DNA of 63,933 nucleotides, filler included, from Octopus bimaculoides (Eukaryota): NCBI RefSeq assembly GCF_001194135.2. It is 7 parts of 6 records of this genome, joined end to end, with 100 filler letters (N's around TTAATTAATTAA, not from the genome) between each part and the next. Parts side by side here need not be neighbours in the genome. Positions count along the whole stretch, not along the records: positions 1 to 7,256 come from NC_068984.1; positions 7,357 to 14,054 come from NC_068985.1; 5 more parts are not named here. One strand, written 5' to 3'. Of this stretch, positions 1-13,268 are shown piece after piece. Position numbers and translations under genes: made by a program. Numbering within the stretch: position 1 is the stretch's first letter; every line of letters begins with the position of its first letter. The notes beneath the pieces are model-generated. The model made no database searches. It saw nothing but the letters and a program-made list of their open reading frames with translations, and was not told the DNA's origin.

Positions 1-44
1 ATATATATATATATATACATATATATAATATAGCATAATATATA

Positions 45-483
45 ATATGGGTGGCTAATTCGCAATTTCACAACCTAAAGGCAGAAATATATACGTCACT
101 AAAGTGAACAAAGGGCACTAATCAGCACCGGTATTGCTAGAAATAAGAGTCAAAACAACTCAATAGCTGCAGAATCACTATCTTAATGAGCTGACAGGGA
201 GGATAAAACTCCCTACGGTCGCAGATTGATGCTTATCGGTGGCTCTCACCGCGCCATGGGTAAAACTCATCTCGCCTTGTCAGCTTATAAGATTTCCGTT
301 GAAATCATGCGCTGATTTCATAAACGGTAAAAGTGAAAATTATAAATGATATGGGTGGCTATTTCGCAATTTTACAACCTAAAGGCAGAAATATATATAC
401 GTCACTAAAGTGAACAAAAGTCACTAATAAGCACCAATATTCCTAGACATAAGATTATGATTTCAACGGAAAACTTATAAGCT
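45..483. repeat. Partial tandem (304-bp period) with an inverted 27-bp tail
   Basis: 45-148 is repeated at 349-454. 457-483 is the reverse complement of 282-308 with one mismatch. Confidence 0.8.
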
Positions 484-761
484 TATTGTGTGTGTGCGTG
501 TGCGTGCGTGTGCGTGCGTGCGTGTCCGTGTGTGTGTGCGTGTGTGTGTGTGTGTATTACGTATGTAATGACGTTCAATAATGATGTGTGTGTACGGACT
601 ATAATTCATAATAAGCGTAGTTACGTCACCAATTATTGATTATCCGAAACAGCTGTAAAGATAATACTTGATTACATCACATACATGTATACATATGTGA
701 AAGAAAGAGAGAGAGATACAAACATATATGCACACATATATACAGATATATATGCATGTGC

Positions 762-808
<47 letters not shown>

Positions 809-1015
809 TGCACACATATTTATATGTATACGCGCTTACATATCCATACGCATATAAATAGGTGTGTATTTACGTGTGCTTAAAAATACACACATTTAGA
901 CTCACACATACATAGAAACACACCTATGTGAATAGATTTTTCATATTTGTATGTTTTATTGCTTTTGCGAACGTGTATGCTTGTATAACTGTGGTATGCG
1001 TCTGCGTGTGTGCGC

Positions 1016-1053
<38 letters not shown>

Positions 1054-1465
1054 GTAATGACTAGATAGAGAGATGGGGCAGTAAAATTAAAGAAAGCGAG
1101 TTCGGAGAGAGATCCCTTGCTGAGGTAATACGAAATAGTTAAGTGACGCTGGATTTTCTTAAAAGCAGGAGAGGAAATAAGCTATATATATAAAATAGCA
1201 TATAATGAAAGAGGTATTTCACCCACTTCACCTCACCAAGAGGAGGTGTTATTTTACCTATGTTACAGCAACGCTAATACCACCAACAATTACAAGAGCG
1301 GCAGTTACAGCAACAAGAGTAGCCCAAACGATTACAAGAGAAATAAAAGCAGTGACAGCAAGGGCGAAATTCATTTGAATTGTCATAGAAATATGAGACG
1401 TGACTAACGTGTGGGTATGTGTATGTGCATGTGTAAATACATGCATATTATATACAATGCACACA

Positions 1466-1506
<41 letters not shown>

Positions 1507-1771
1507 NNNNNNNNNNTATATATATATATATATATATATATACATACGTACATATATACATACATACATACATAGACATATACATATATATGCATATGCA
1601 TATATGTATATTGTGTATATTAAACTCCCTCTCTCTTTCTATATATATATTATATACATGCATGTGCATACGTACGCACATACGTAAGTATGTATGTATG
1701 TAAGTATATTATATATAGTGCGTGTAAATATACACGAATGCTTGCGTGAAGAACGGCTTTTACAAACATAC

Positions 1772-1809
<38 letters not shown>

Positions 1810-2194
1810 GTTTCTGCATATGTATTTGTATGCATATATTCATATAAATATAGGGTGTGTCTTCGCTTAAGGAAATAACACAGATTGGTGAGTAACAACG
1901 GGGAGTAAATAAAAACGTCTAAGTGCTTGTTGCGTGCACGATATATGTTTGTGCGTGTGTGTGTGTGTGTGTGTGTGCGTGCGCGCGCCCATGTGCTCAC
2001 GCATGTTTGCGTGTACTTGGATATGCGTGACTGTGTGTGTGTATGTATGTGCGTGTGTATGTATGCGCGTGTTTTTGTGTATCATTATGTGTGTATTCCC
2101 ACGCGCGAAAGTGCGTAAAGTTAGTGTACATACCAGCGCTGCACTGCACACATCAAATGGTGCAGCATTGACAGACGAAATCTGAACAAAAACC

Positions 2195-2560
2195 CCGTCG
2201 TATAAGAACAAGGTACTGCAACAGCCTCGGATCAGAGGACCTCAGCTCTTTAATGCCCTGCCAAAACATTTGAGAGACCTGCAAGACATGGATATAGAGG
2301 TCTTCAACACCAAACTCGACGCTTTCCTCTCCACGATACCAGACGAACCAATGGCTCGAAATGAGACACAGTTTAGGGCAGCGATGTCAAATTCTCTTAT
2401 ACACCAGATGTGCCATCAAAACTCTTGATTGGACTATATCAGGTGCAGGAGAAGAGCCATGCAAGGAACGTGAAGAGAGCACAGCATAAAAACGGAAAGT
2501 CACGGTGGTGCTCCAGCATGACCACAGCCACTTGGCTGAAACCCATAAATAAATAAATAA
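2195..2560 (+). mobile_element. CR1/L2-like LINE 3' end with 3' UTR and (TAAA)n tail
   Basis: RGPQLFNALPKHLRDLQDMDIEVFNTKLDAFLSTIPDEP...AAMSNSLIHQM, then the tail ggtggtgctccagcatg...ggctgaaac. Confidence 0.75.
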
Positions 2561-3271
2561 ATATATATATATATATGTAGNNNNNNNNNNNNNNNNNNNN
2601 NNNNNNNNNNNNNNNNNNNNNNNNNNNNNNNNNNNNNNNNNNNNNNNNNNNNNNNNNNNNNNNNNNNNNNNNNNNNNNNATATATATATATATATATATA
2701 CTTGATTGTGTATGTATGTATGTATGTATTATGCGTGTGTTTGTGTTTGTGTGTGCGTATTCGTCACTCATCACCGCTTGACAACCAGTGTCCCCGTAAC
2801 TTAGCAAAAGGTAGAATAAGTACCAGGCTTCAGAGAAAAGTAACAAGTCCTGGGGTCGAGTCTCGATTGAAATTCTTCAAGGCGATGCCCCAGCATGGCC
2901 GCAATCTAAATACTGAAACACGTAAAAGATAAAAGAATTAAATGAAATACAGATGACTGTATAATAGTTTAAACGATACAAATTGCCAGGTACATAACTG
3001 GCGACTGCAGGAATTTGGGGTTCCTGCTCGTAAATTAATGCGGATTATAAGAGGTTTCGGACCATCAGTGTCAAGAAGGTCGATTGTTGTACCTACCCAA
3101 CCAGCCTTTCAACTCACTCGTGCACAACTTCTTATACAGGCCAACATAACACAAGCAACCTTTGAAATCCGCCCCACTCTAAACCGGCCCACCAGTGATC
3201 ATCAAACATTTTATGATCGAAGTATTCACTGCTTCACACTTACACACATACTTCGGTAACAGAAACTGCCA

Positions 3272-3509
3272 GGCGGCGAGCTGGCAGAAACGTTAGCACG
3301 CCGGGCGAAATGCTTTAGCGGAATTTCGTCTGACGCTACGTATTGAGTTCAAATTCCGCCGAGGTTGACTTTGCCTTTCATCCTTTCGGAATCGATTAAA
3401 TAAGTACCAGTTACGCACTGGGGTCGATATAATCGACTTAATCCGTTTGTCTGTCCTTGTTTGTCCCCTCTGTGTTTAGCCCCTTGTGAGCAGTAAAGAA
3501 ATAAGAAAC
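3272..3509 (+). mobile_element. tRNA-derived SINE, full length (octopus OK-like family)
   Basis: ggcggcgagctggcagaaacgttagcacg (A box), gagttcaaattcc (B box) and a shared body. Related copies lie at about 42203-42350 (-), 41140-41380 (-), 47815-48220 (-), 35900-36090 (+) and 18680-18850 (-). Confidence 0.85.
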
Positions 3510-3613
3510 TGTCAGGTACATCTAGTAAACTATCTAAAACTAACTGCTCCTGTGTCTCTTTCACATCCAATTTTGTGGTCCTCTGTCAGTCTGCTAGAAA
3601 CAATAAAGCAGCC

Positions 3614-4249
3614 GCAATGTTATCATCAGTCTGAATATGATTAATGCACGTTCGAACTTGGGAACAAGCTACTCACTGTGTTGAGGAGATAACTACTCCG
3701 AAATGCTAGCATCTCACAGTCTAGGTAGATGTCGCTGCGAGCTGAACTAGTTGTGTACAAACCATTATTCAACAAGCGAGATATATTCTCCGTGACAAAA
3801 CGCAGTGAGTAGCTTGTTCCCAGTTCGAACGTGCATTAAGCATATTTGGGCAGATAATAACATTGCAATTTTACTTATCACTGCTTAGCGTTCCCCCTCC
3901 GTAATTTATTTACGGTGAGCCGCCCTATAACGCTATCAGTCATCGTACGGTGATTGGAAAAGCATAAGAGAGGTAATGTCTTAATTCAGCTCGTAGTGTC
4001 GTCTGCCTAGTGTCTGTGACCGATGAGGAGATAACTACTCCGAAATACTAGCATCTCACAGTCTAGGTAGATGTCGCTGCGAGCTGGTCTAGTTGTATAC
4101 ACACCATTATTCAACAAGCGAGATATATTCTCCATGACAAAACGCAGTGAGTAGCTTGTTCCCCAGTTCAAACGTGCATCAAGCATATTCAGATTGATAA
4201 TAACATTGTAGTTTCACTTATCACTGCTTAGCGCTACCCCACTCCGTAA
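3614..4249 (+). mobile_element. Retrozyme-like non-coding element: partial tandem of a 342-nt hammerhead-bounded monomer with an inverted 5' tail
   Basis: Direct repeat 3683-3904 / 4025-4249. Segment 3614-3682 is the reverse complement of about 3799-3866. The hammerhead 3' half is present in both copies. Confidence 0.7.
3987..4086 (+). ncRNA. Type I hammerhead ribozyme motif with extended stem I (U4C core variant)
   Basis: Stem I 5' arm cagctcgtagtgtcgtctgcctag..ctgtga; core CCGATGA (4020-4026); stem II GGAG-ataacta-CTCC; GAAA; stem III ATACTAGCAT; C4055 cleavage site; 3' arm tcacagtctaggtagatgtcgctgcgagctg. Confidence 0.8.
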
Positions 4250-4819
4250 CAAAACAGCCGTCACGTTCACACTGAGTACACAATATCTACTTCCTATCTA
4301 TTCTTCGACGAAGGCATGTAACCTAGTTCGATATCCGGCGGCGTGTTATATGCTTGAGCGAGACACTTTATTTTTATTTCCTGTTGCTCCAGTCCTCTCA
4401 GAAAGCAAAACTAATTTGTAACTGTATTTCACAGGTCCAACCTTGTCGCATTCAATGTCGCGCCGAATCTCTCTGAGAACTACTTAAAGCTACGCGTGTC
4501 TGAGGAGTGCTCAGTCACTTGCACGTTAATTTCGGATCAAGTGGGACACTCATTGTCGTAATCGACTGAGTGCCAGTGAAACTTGTGACAATCTTGATTT
4601 AGAATTTTCACCAGCAGCCGTGTACCGTCTTTTAAATGCTCTCAGAGACACGATTATAAATCCTACTATAACCAAAGATTACATCGGAGAGGCTAATTTG
4701 CATAATATAACGAATTATTTACAGCTAGTTTATTCGTTTATTCTTCTATTTGTTTCAAACTGTGGCTATGCTGGAGTACCGCCTTTATTCAAACAAATCA
4801 ACTCCGGGACTTATTCATT

Positions 4820-5175
4820 GTAAGTCTAGTACGTACCCTATCAGTGTCTTTTGCCGAACCGCTTAGTTATTGGGACGTAAACACACCCACATCGGTTGTC
4901 AAGCGATGGTTTGGTTACAAACACAGACACACAAACATACACACACACACTCGCACACGCACACACACACACACACGCACACGCGCGCGCGCACGCACAC
5001 ACATTTATACGACGGGCTTCTTTCAGTTTCCGTCTACCACATCCACTCACAAGGCTTTGGTCGGCCCGAGGCTATAGTAGAAGACGCTTTCCCAAAGTGC
5101 CATGCAGTGGGACTGAACCCGGAGCCATGTGGTTGGTAAGTAAGCTACTTACCACACAGCCACCCCTGCGCCTAT
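4820..5175 (-). mobile_element. tRNA-derived SINE with an internal (CA)n/(TA)n tract (second family)
   Basis: Head ggctgtgtggtaagtagcttac..ggttcagtccc and body ggtagacggaaactgaaagaagcccgtc. Other copies lie at about 7420-7750 (-), 36465-36815 (-), 2755-2935 (+, 3' half) and 28490-28680 (+, 3' half). Confidence 0.85.
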
Positions 5176-6449
5176 GTTTAGTAAATTACAGGTATCTTAA
5201 TAGTGTTTTGTTTCAATGCTATATTGTAGCACGGAATATATCTATAGATTTTAGTCATCATTATAAGTAAGACATTGATGTCTTTATACAGAATATCATC
5301 TATGGAATACTCAGCCCGTTGGACGTTGAATTAACGAATAAGTAGCTCAGCTGATCCACCAACTGAACGCTCAACATTGAAATCGAAGGAAGTTCCATCA
5401 TATGCATGTATGTATGTATGTATGTATGTATGCATGCATGTATATATATATATATATATATATACATGGGTATGTAGCTGTATACGTCTGTATGCATTTA
5501 TTTCTATTTATCTATCCCTCNNNNNNNNNNNNNNNNNNNNNNNNNNNNNNNNNNNNNNNNNNNNNNNNNNNNNNNNNNNNNNNNNNNNNNNNNNNNNNNN
5601 NNNNNNNNNNNNNNNNNNNNNNNNNNNNNNNNNNNNNNNNNNNNNNNNNNNNNNNNNNNNNNNNNNNNNNNNNNNNNNNNNNNNNNNNNNNNNNNNNNNN
5701 NNNNNNNNNNNNNNNNNNNNNNNNNNNNNNNNNNNNNNNNNNNNNNNNNNNNNNNNNNNNNNNNNNNNNNNNNNNNNNNNNNNNNNNNNNNNNNNNNNNN
5801 NNNNNNNNNNNNNNNNNNNNNNNNNNNNNNNNNNNNNNNNNNNNNNNNNNNNNNNNNNNNNNNNNNNNNNNNNNNNNNNNNNNNNNNNNNNNNNNNNNNN
5901 NNNNNNNNNNNNNNNNNNNNNNNNNNNNNNNNNNNNNNNNNNNNNNNNNNNNNNNNNNNNNNNNNNNNNNNNNNNNNNNNNNNNNNNNNNNNNNNNNNNN
6001 NNNNNNNNNNNNNNNNNNNNNNNNNNNNNNNNNNNNNNNNNNNNNNNNNNNNNNNNNNNNNNNNNNNNNNNNNNNNNNNNNNNNNNNNNNNNNNNNNNNN
6101 NNNNNNNNNNNNNNNNNNNNNNNNNNNNNNNNNNNNNNNNNNNNNNNNNNNNNNNNNNNNNNNNNNNNNNNNNNNNNNNNNNNNNNNNNNNNNNNNNNNN
6201 NNNNNNNNNNNNNNNNNNNNNNNNNNNNNNNNNNNNNNNNNNNNNNNNNNNNNNNNNNNNNNNNNNNNNNNNNNNNNNNNNNNNNNNNNNNNNNNNNNNN
6301 NNNNNNNNNNNNNNNNNNNNNNNNNNNNNNNNNNNNNNNNNNNNNNNNNNNNNNNNNNNNNNNNNNNNNNNNNNNNNNNNNNNNNNNNNNNNNNNNNNNN
6401 NNNNNNNNNNNTATATGTATATATGTAAGTATGTATATATGTACGTACT

Positions 6450-6484
<35 letters not shown>

Positions 6485-6900
6485 GTATGTATGTATATGT
6501 ATTCACACACACTTGCTTGCGCACATTTATGTAAACATACATACATACATACATACATACAAGCATACATACATACATACCTGTATGTTTATGTTTAGGT
6601 ACATTCTAAACTATTGAATGCCTGCAATGCTGTCAAGTGTGAACAAGTGCAGCATGTGCATTTGATAGTTGCAGATAATATATCAACTGACGAATAACAT
6701 CTAGATTCTCTTACATCGGAATATATGCATTAGTATGGATGCACGAGTATTACCATGTACGTTCCTGTACTGAACATGTGTGTGTATGTGTATGCCTATA
6801 TTGTTTTCCTTTGCTTTGTGTGTATATTGAGTTTTTGTATGTGTGTGCGTTTATATTTGAATGTGTATATTTCTATGATTCTGTGTACGTGTTTAACACC

Positions 6901-6950
<50 letters not shown>

Positions 6951-7107
6951 ATTTGCCAGGTGCAAACAACTTGCAGATTCGGAATATGAAAGCAACCGTC
7001 TACAGAGGAGTACTACCAACTGTTGCAACTTCTGTTTCGATACTACGCATATAAACATTCACATAATTACACACATTACACATAGGAGTACCTACCTATC
7101 TATCTAC

Positions 7108-7195
<88 letters not shown>

Positions 7196-7300
7196 TGATA
7201 TATATATGTATATGTGGGGTGGGGTGTAATTTATGTAAAAGATATATAAACAGGGCNNNNNNNNNNNNNNNNNNNNNNNNNNNNNNNNNNNNNNNNNNNN

Positions 7301-7312
7301 TTAATTAATTAA
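7301..7312. other. Assembly spacer TTAATTAATTAA inside N gaps (also 14099, 32311, 48676, 57550, 62815)
   Basis: An identical 12-mer is embedded between N runs six times. Confidence 0.95.
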
Positions 7313-7559
7313 NNNNNNNNNNNNNNNNNNNNNNNNNNNNNNNNNNNNNNNNNNNNTTCCGATCTTGTATGTATGTATATATATGTATATATATATGTAT
7401 GTATGTATATATCTTTTATTGTATATTTTTTCAGTCATTAGTCTACGATCATATAGGAGACAAGTATTTATTCTATCGGTCTTTTTGTTCCAAGTGCTAG
7501 ATTACGGGACTTTAACACAACAACACCGGTTGTCAATCTGTGGAGAGCGGTAAACTCAG

Positions 7560-7606
<47 letters not shown>

Positions 7607-8771
7607 TTCTTACAGACATATAAATATATACGACATGAATTTTTGTTTATGTCTACTAAATCCTCTCGCAAGGTTGGCTCGAGGCTATAGTAGAAAATAC
7701 TTGCCCAAGATAACACAGAGGGACTGAACCTGGAACCATGTGGTTTAGAAGAAACGCAAACATGAATTACGAACACAGCTGCACAGTTATTTTTGTCAAT
7801 TATTGGAATAGAATTTCTATGAAATAAACGTATTTGGCTAATACTACATTTTCTAAATCATCAGTATATGCATAGTTTTATGCCTTCATTCGGTGGATAG
7901 CTGTTCTGCTACACTTGTTTATTGTTGAGTTCCTTTATAGGATACTTAATTCAGATTATTAATTCCTCCGTAATATAATATAAAGGAAACAAGCTGAATT
8001 CAGGTATGCTGCAGGGCAAAAAGTTTTCTAATCGATTCACTAATCGATAAACGATATCCAATCTGCAAGTTCATCCCATAACAACATTTCCCCACTCCCA
8101 CCCCGTAAGAAGTTATCTCTATGCAATTTCTATAATAGTACTATTACAAAGTTTCTTAGCTGCATTATCTAATGAATTACGCTGCTAGCAAAATAAGAGT
8201 ATTAAATATTAGCTTTTATGAAATTTCCGGAATCTATATTTGATAGAGACAGAAGAAATACAGATACAAAACGTGGAGAGAGGGGGAAATCATGTGTGTA
8301 TGCCTGTGTGTCTGTATCTGCGTGACAAAGAACAATAGACGGAATTAGAAAAGTGCCAGTGAGCGAGTATAAGGACTGCCACACTATATATTATACACAC
8401 GCACATACACCGAAACACGTGCATGGATATATGGCTGTTAGTTGTAGCAGTGTGTTTGTTTTTCTCAAGACATCACTTTTTCTGTGTCTACCTCTTCTGA
8501 TGTCATGACACACATTAACGATATTGTTACATGTATGCGTATGTATGTATGCGTGCACATATATATGTTGCATATATATATATATCTGTATGTGTGTGTG
8601 TGTGTGAGTGACCGTGTATGTGCATGCGTGTGCGCGCGTATGAATTGATATGTATGTGCATGCACTCAATGACATTAATATAAATATTGGATAAACGGCA
8701 AAATATGCTACGCAGATAAATAGATAAGAAATTATAGATTAGCTACAGTCAGACAGTTAAATACAGAACGT

Positions 8772-8811
<40 letters not shown>

Positions 8812-11419
8812 TATGAGTTTGTGTGCGGAAGTGTATGTATTTATGTATATCTATAGGTAAATATATGTACACATATATGTATGTGACTATATATATATAT
8901 ATATACATAAATACATACATATCACGATACATATGTAATTGTGTATGTGTAGAATATGTATGCACACATGAAAACACACACACACACACACACACACATA
9001 CACACGCACACACGCACACTCACATACATACATATAGATATATAAAGAGAAACAAAGAAAGTATGGTTGAAAATTTAAATACATTGATAGAGAGGCAAAG
9101 AATGAAAACAAAGAGAATTAGATTTAGATAGATTAACTGATTGATTGATTCCTTCATTCATTGAGTAATATTACGCTATGTGTACGGGGATAGGATTTAG
9201 GAAAATCAATTCATACTTAGGTAGATAGGTTATGAATAAATTTGACACGAATATTTATTCAAACATTCTTTGATCATCTAAACTTCCTTATATCAGATCA
9301 ACTAATATCGAATATTTCTGCAGTACACGATAAAAAAAAAACTTTCTGCTTTTTCCGTTGAGATTTCGTTGTTTCACTAGGTAAGATATTGGTTACCACA
9401 AAGTCTCTGTTTATTGTATTGATCTGTTTATTATATTCTAAGACGCTGAACTGCTAAACGTATCCCTTCGGTAGATGAGAAGAGGGAATAATAACATGAT
9501 AACGAGTATGAATACATGATTGTTTCATAAAGGTATAGAAAATATTCAATCATATCCTCTCATCTCATGCATTGTAAAGCGTATTGTTTTCAAATATTTC
9601 CCCGCTAACATGTACAACAGAGAACAAACTTCAGTTGACCAACGTAATCTATAAATTTGAAAGTTATAAACTTCAAGACTCCAACTGTTACATTCGCAAA
9701 TTGTAATACAACAGTACCTCGTTGGCGCACCATGCGGACATAAAAGGACAATCGTAAAACAATATACAACTCACCATTAACGAAGTTAGATGTAAAAATA
9801 CTGAAAGGTTAATACTTTAACATAACTCACAAAATAGAAAATTAATGATGGAAGCTATAATCATACAGTTACATTTATGCCAAAATAAACACACAAACAA
9901 CACATAAAAAATTAACTCGTGGCTACGAACATCAAATCTTAAAACTCCAAAAATGATCACAACAAAAGAAATTAACACGTGATTGTTGACGTGGAGACCT
10001 ACCGATCAAAAACATTTGGTAGGTAAGTGTTCAGAAATTTTGACCATTATTATAAAATTCTACGCGGACGCCAAATTTGTTGCAGTTGATGAGCATAATA
10101 TTGAAATCATGGACGCGTTGAATACAAATTTAGGAAAATATTGTTCCAAACTAATATTACGAAACTGACACGAAAACATGAAAATATCAGCGATTTAGTC
10201 TAGAACTGAAACACGTTTTTATGTAGTTTTTGTCGGCCAAGTTCTCTTTGAACGCATTTATGGCCAGAGTATGTACAAAAAATACGCAGTGAGATTGAAT
10301 ACGAAGCATTCGTAAACTTGTTAACCTCGCAAATATACATGCATCACTGTTAAATTTTATTTCATGCCGATTTCTCTAGTATTTGTATTCAGTTCAAGAG
10401 TTGGTTTCTGAATAAGATATAAACTTTTTCCTTTCTTTAGCAACTAACATTAATATGTCATTTACAATATAACTCACATTTTTACATTTATTAAGTCAAT
10501 TTCACAACGAATTTCAATAAAACAATCGTTAGAAAATATAAAAGAATGAAAAGAAGTAGAAGTATTCTGAGTTAGCGAACGTGTTGCATAAAAAGCACGA
10601 ATTAAATAACTCGCAAAGAATAACGTAAAGGAATTAAATTGCTATAAATTTGAATTTTAAATATAAACTCCAAGAAGACACAGTGACACGGAAAAGAAAA
10701 TCTTTGAATTTTAGGGAATCATAAATCCAAGGTCTATTAACAAGACAGAAANNNNNNNNNNNNNNNNNNNNNNNNNNNNNNNNNNNNNNNNNNNNNNNNN
10801 NNNNNNNNNNNNNNNNNNNNNNNNNNNNNNNNNNNNNNNNNNNNNNNNNNNNNNNNNNNNNNNNNNNNNNNNNNNNNNNNNNNNNNNNNNNNNNNNNNNN
10901 NNNNNNNNNNNNNNNNNNNNNNNNNNNNNNNNNNNNNNNNNNNNNNNNNNNNNNNNNNNNNNNNNNNNNNNNNNNNNNNNNNNNNNNNNNNNNNNNNNNN
11001 NNNNNNNNNNNNNNNNNNNNNNNNNNNNNNNNNNNNNNNNNNNNNNNNNNNNNNNNNNNNNNNNNNNNNNNNNNNNNNNNNNNNNNNNNNNNNNNNNNNN
11101 NNNNNNNNNNNNNNNNNNNNNNNNNNNNNNNNNNNNNNNNNNNNNNNNNNNNNNNNNNTATATATATATATATATGGATATCAAACACACACATATACAT
11201 ACACATTTATGTTTGTATTTATGTGTATCTGTGTATACATATATATGAATATATGTGTGTGTGTGTGTGTGTATGTCTCTGTGTGCTTGTGTATATTTCT
11301 ATATGCATACACACACACACACATACACACACACACACACACACACNNNNNNNNNNNNNNNNNNNNNNNNNNNNNNNNNNNNNNNNNNNNNNNNNNNNNN
11401 NNNNNNNNNNNNNNNNNNN

Positions 11420-11451
<32 letters not shown>

Positions 11452-12349
11452 AAATATAGATGCGTATATCTGCGTGTGAATAAGTTAGATGGAAAACGAA
11501 AAATGGAAAACCAAACCAAGAACAAGCAAAAAATAAAAAAAAATAGTGCATGAACGATAACAAATATTTGAAAAGTGTGTAACATCTGCAAATGTGTAAG
11601 TGGTTCGGGCGTCTTGTCTATGACCCATTCATCCTACTCTACACTCACCCTACAGCCGAGAAACTAAACGGCTGTGCATTCTACGACACAAGTTTTCTAC
11701 ATGGTTGGATTACAATGTAGGTTTTCCTCATGGACATCTAAATTTTTTCAATGCGGCACATATATATTTTATATGTATATATATATATATATNNNNNNNN
11801 NNNNNNNNNNNNNNNNNNNNNNNNNNNNNNNNNNNNNNNNNNNNNNNNNNNNNNNNNNNNNNNNNNNNNNNNNNNNNNNNNNNNNNNNNNNNNNNNNNNN
11901 NNNNNNNNNNNNNNNNNNNNNNNNNNNNNNNNNNNNNNNNNNNNNNNNNNNNNNNNNNNNNNNNNNNNNNNNNNNNNNNNNNNNNNNNNNNNNNNNNNNN
12001 NNNNNNNNNNNNNNNNNNNNNNNNNNNNNNNNNNNNNNNNNNNNNNNNNNNNNNNNNNNNNNNNNNNNNNNNNNNNNNNNNNNNNNNNNNNNNNNNNNNN
12101 NNNNNNNNNNNNNNNNNNNNNNNNNNNNNNNNNNNNNNNNNNNNNNNNNNNNNNNNNNNNNNNNNNNNNNNNNNNNNNNNNNNNNTATATATACACGCAC
12201 ATTTGAATACATGAATGAGCACACTTACGTGCAAGAACACATTCATGCTCCTATAATCTTTAAAAGAGATTAGGTCGGGCGGGGTGTAGAACTAAATAAA
12301 TAGAACAGCAAAAACAACAACAACAAAAGAATAATGAAAACTATCTGAA

Positions 12350-12382
<33 letters not shown>

Positions 12383-12610
12383 AGCGGTGGTGGTGGTGGT
12401 GGTGTTGGTGGTGGAAGTGATGGAGATTGCAGAGGTGGTGGTGGTGATAGCGATGATGATGAGAAGGAGAAGGACGAAGAGGAGGATTATGACGATAAAG
12501 AGAATGATGATATCAATGAGTATGTTGATAGACAACTACGTGGGTAGTATTGAAATTAATGATAACGATGTTGCCGCTGCTGCTGCTGCTTATGACGGTA
12601 ATAATGATGA

Positions 12611-12641
<31 letters not shown>

Positions 12642-12730
12642 GATGATGATGATGATGATGATAATGGTGATGGTGATGATGATGATGATGATGATCATGA
12701 TGATGATGATGATGATGACGATGATGATGG

Positions 12731-12803
<73 letters not shown>

Positions 12804-12948
12804 AATGGTGATGGTGATGATGATGATGGTGATGATCATGATGATGATGGCGACGACGATGAGGAATAATACCTAGTAGGTTATAATGTTCATGAAGATG
12901 GTGATGATTGAGAGGAAACGGCGATGCTGCTGCAGCGGATGATGTTGT

Positions 12949-13009
<61 letters not shown>

Positions 13010-13010
13010 G
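12350..13010. repeat. Long compound (GAT)n/(GGT)n trinucleotide tract
   Basis: Directly visible. It explains the poly-D/M/H/I ORFs in the track. Confidence 0.95.
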
Positions 13011-13182
13011 ACAACAATGAAGCTGAAGTTGGTGACAACATACACCGATCTCGAATTTATGACAAATGACGACAAAGATGCATTTCTAGCATGAACCGGT
13101 GACGACCAAACATTAGAAGAAAGGAGAAGAAGGAAACAAAACAAGCAAAACGAGCAGCAAAACTGTAGAAGAAAAAAAAAAG

Positions 13183-13268
<86 letters not shown>

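Noticed and set aside
9775-9800. 26-nt minus-strand micro-exon candidate (TTTCAG...GTGAG)
   Set aside because: No partner exons or recognisable peptide; splice-like motifs alone are insufficient.
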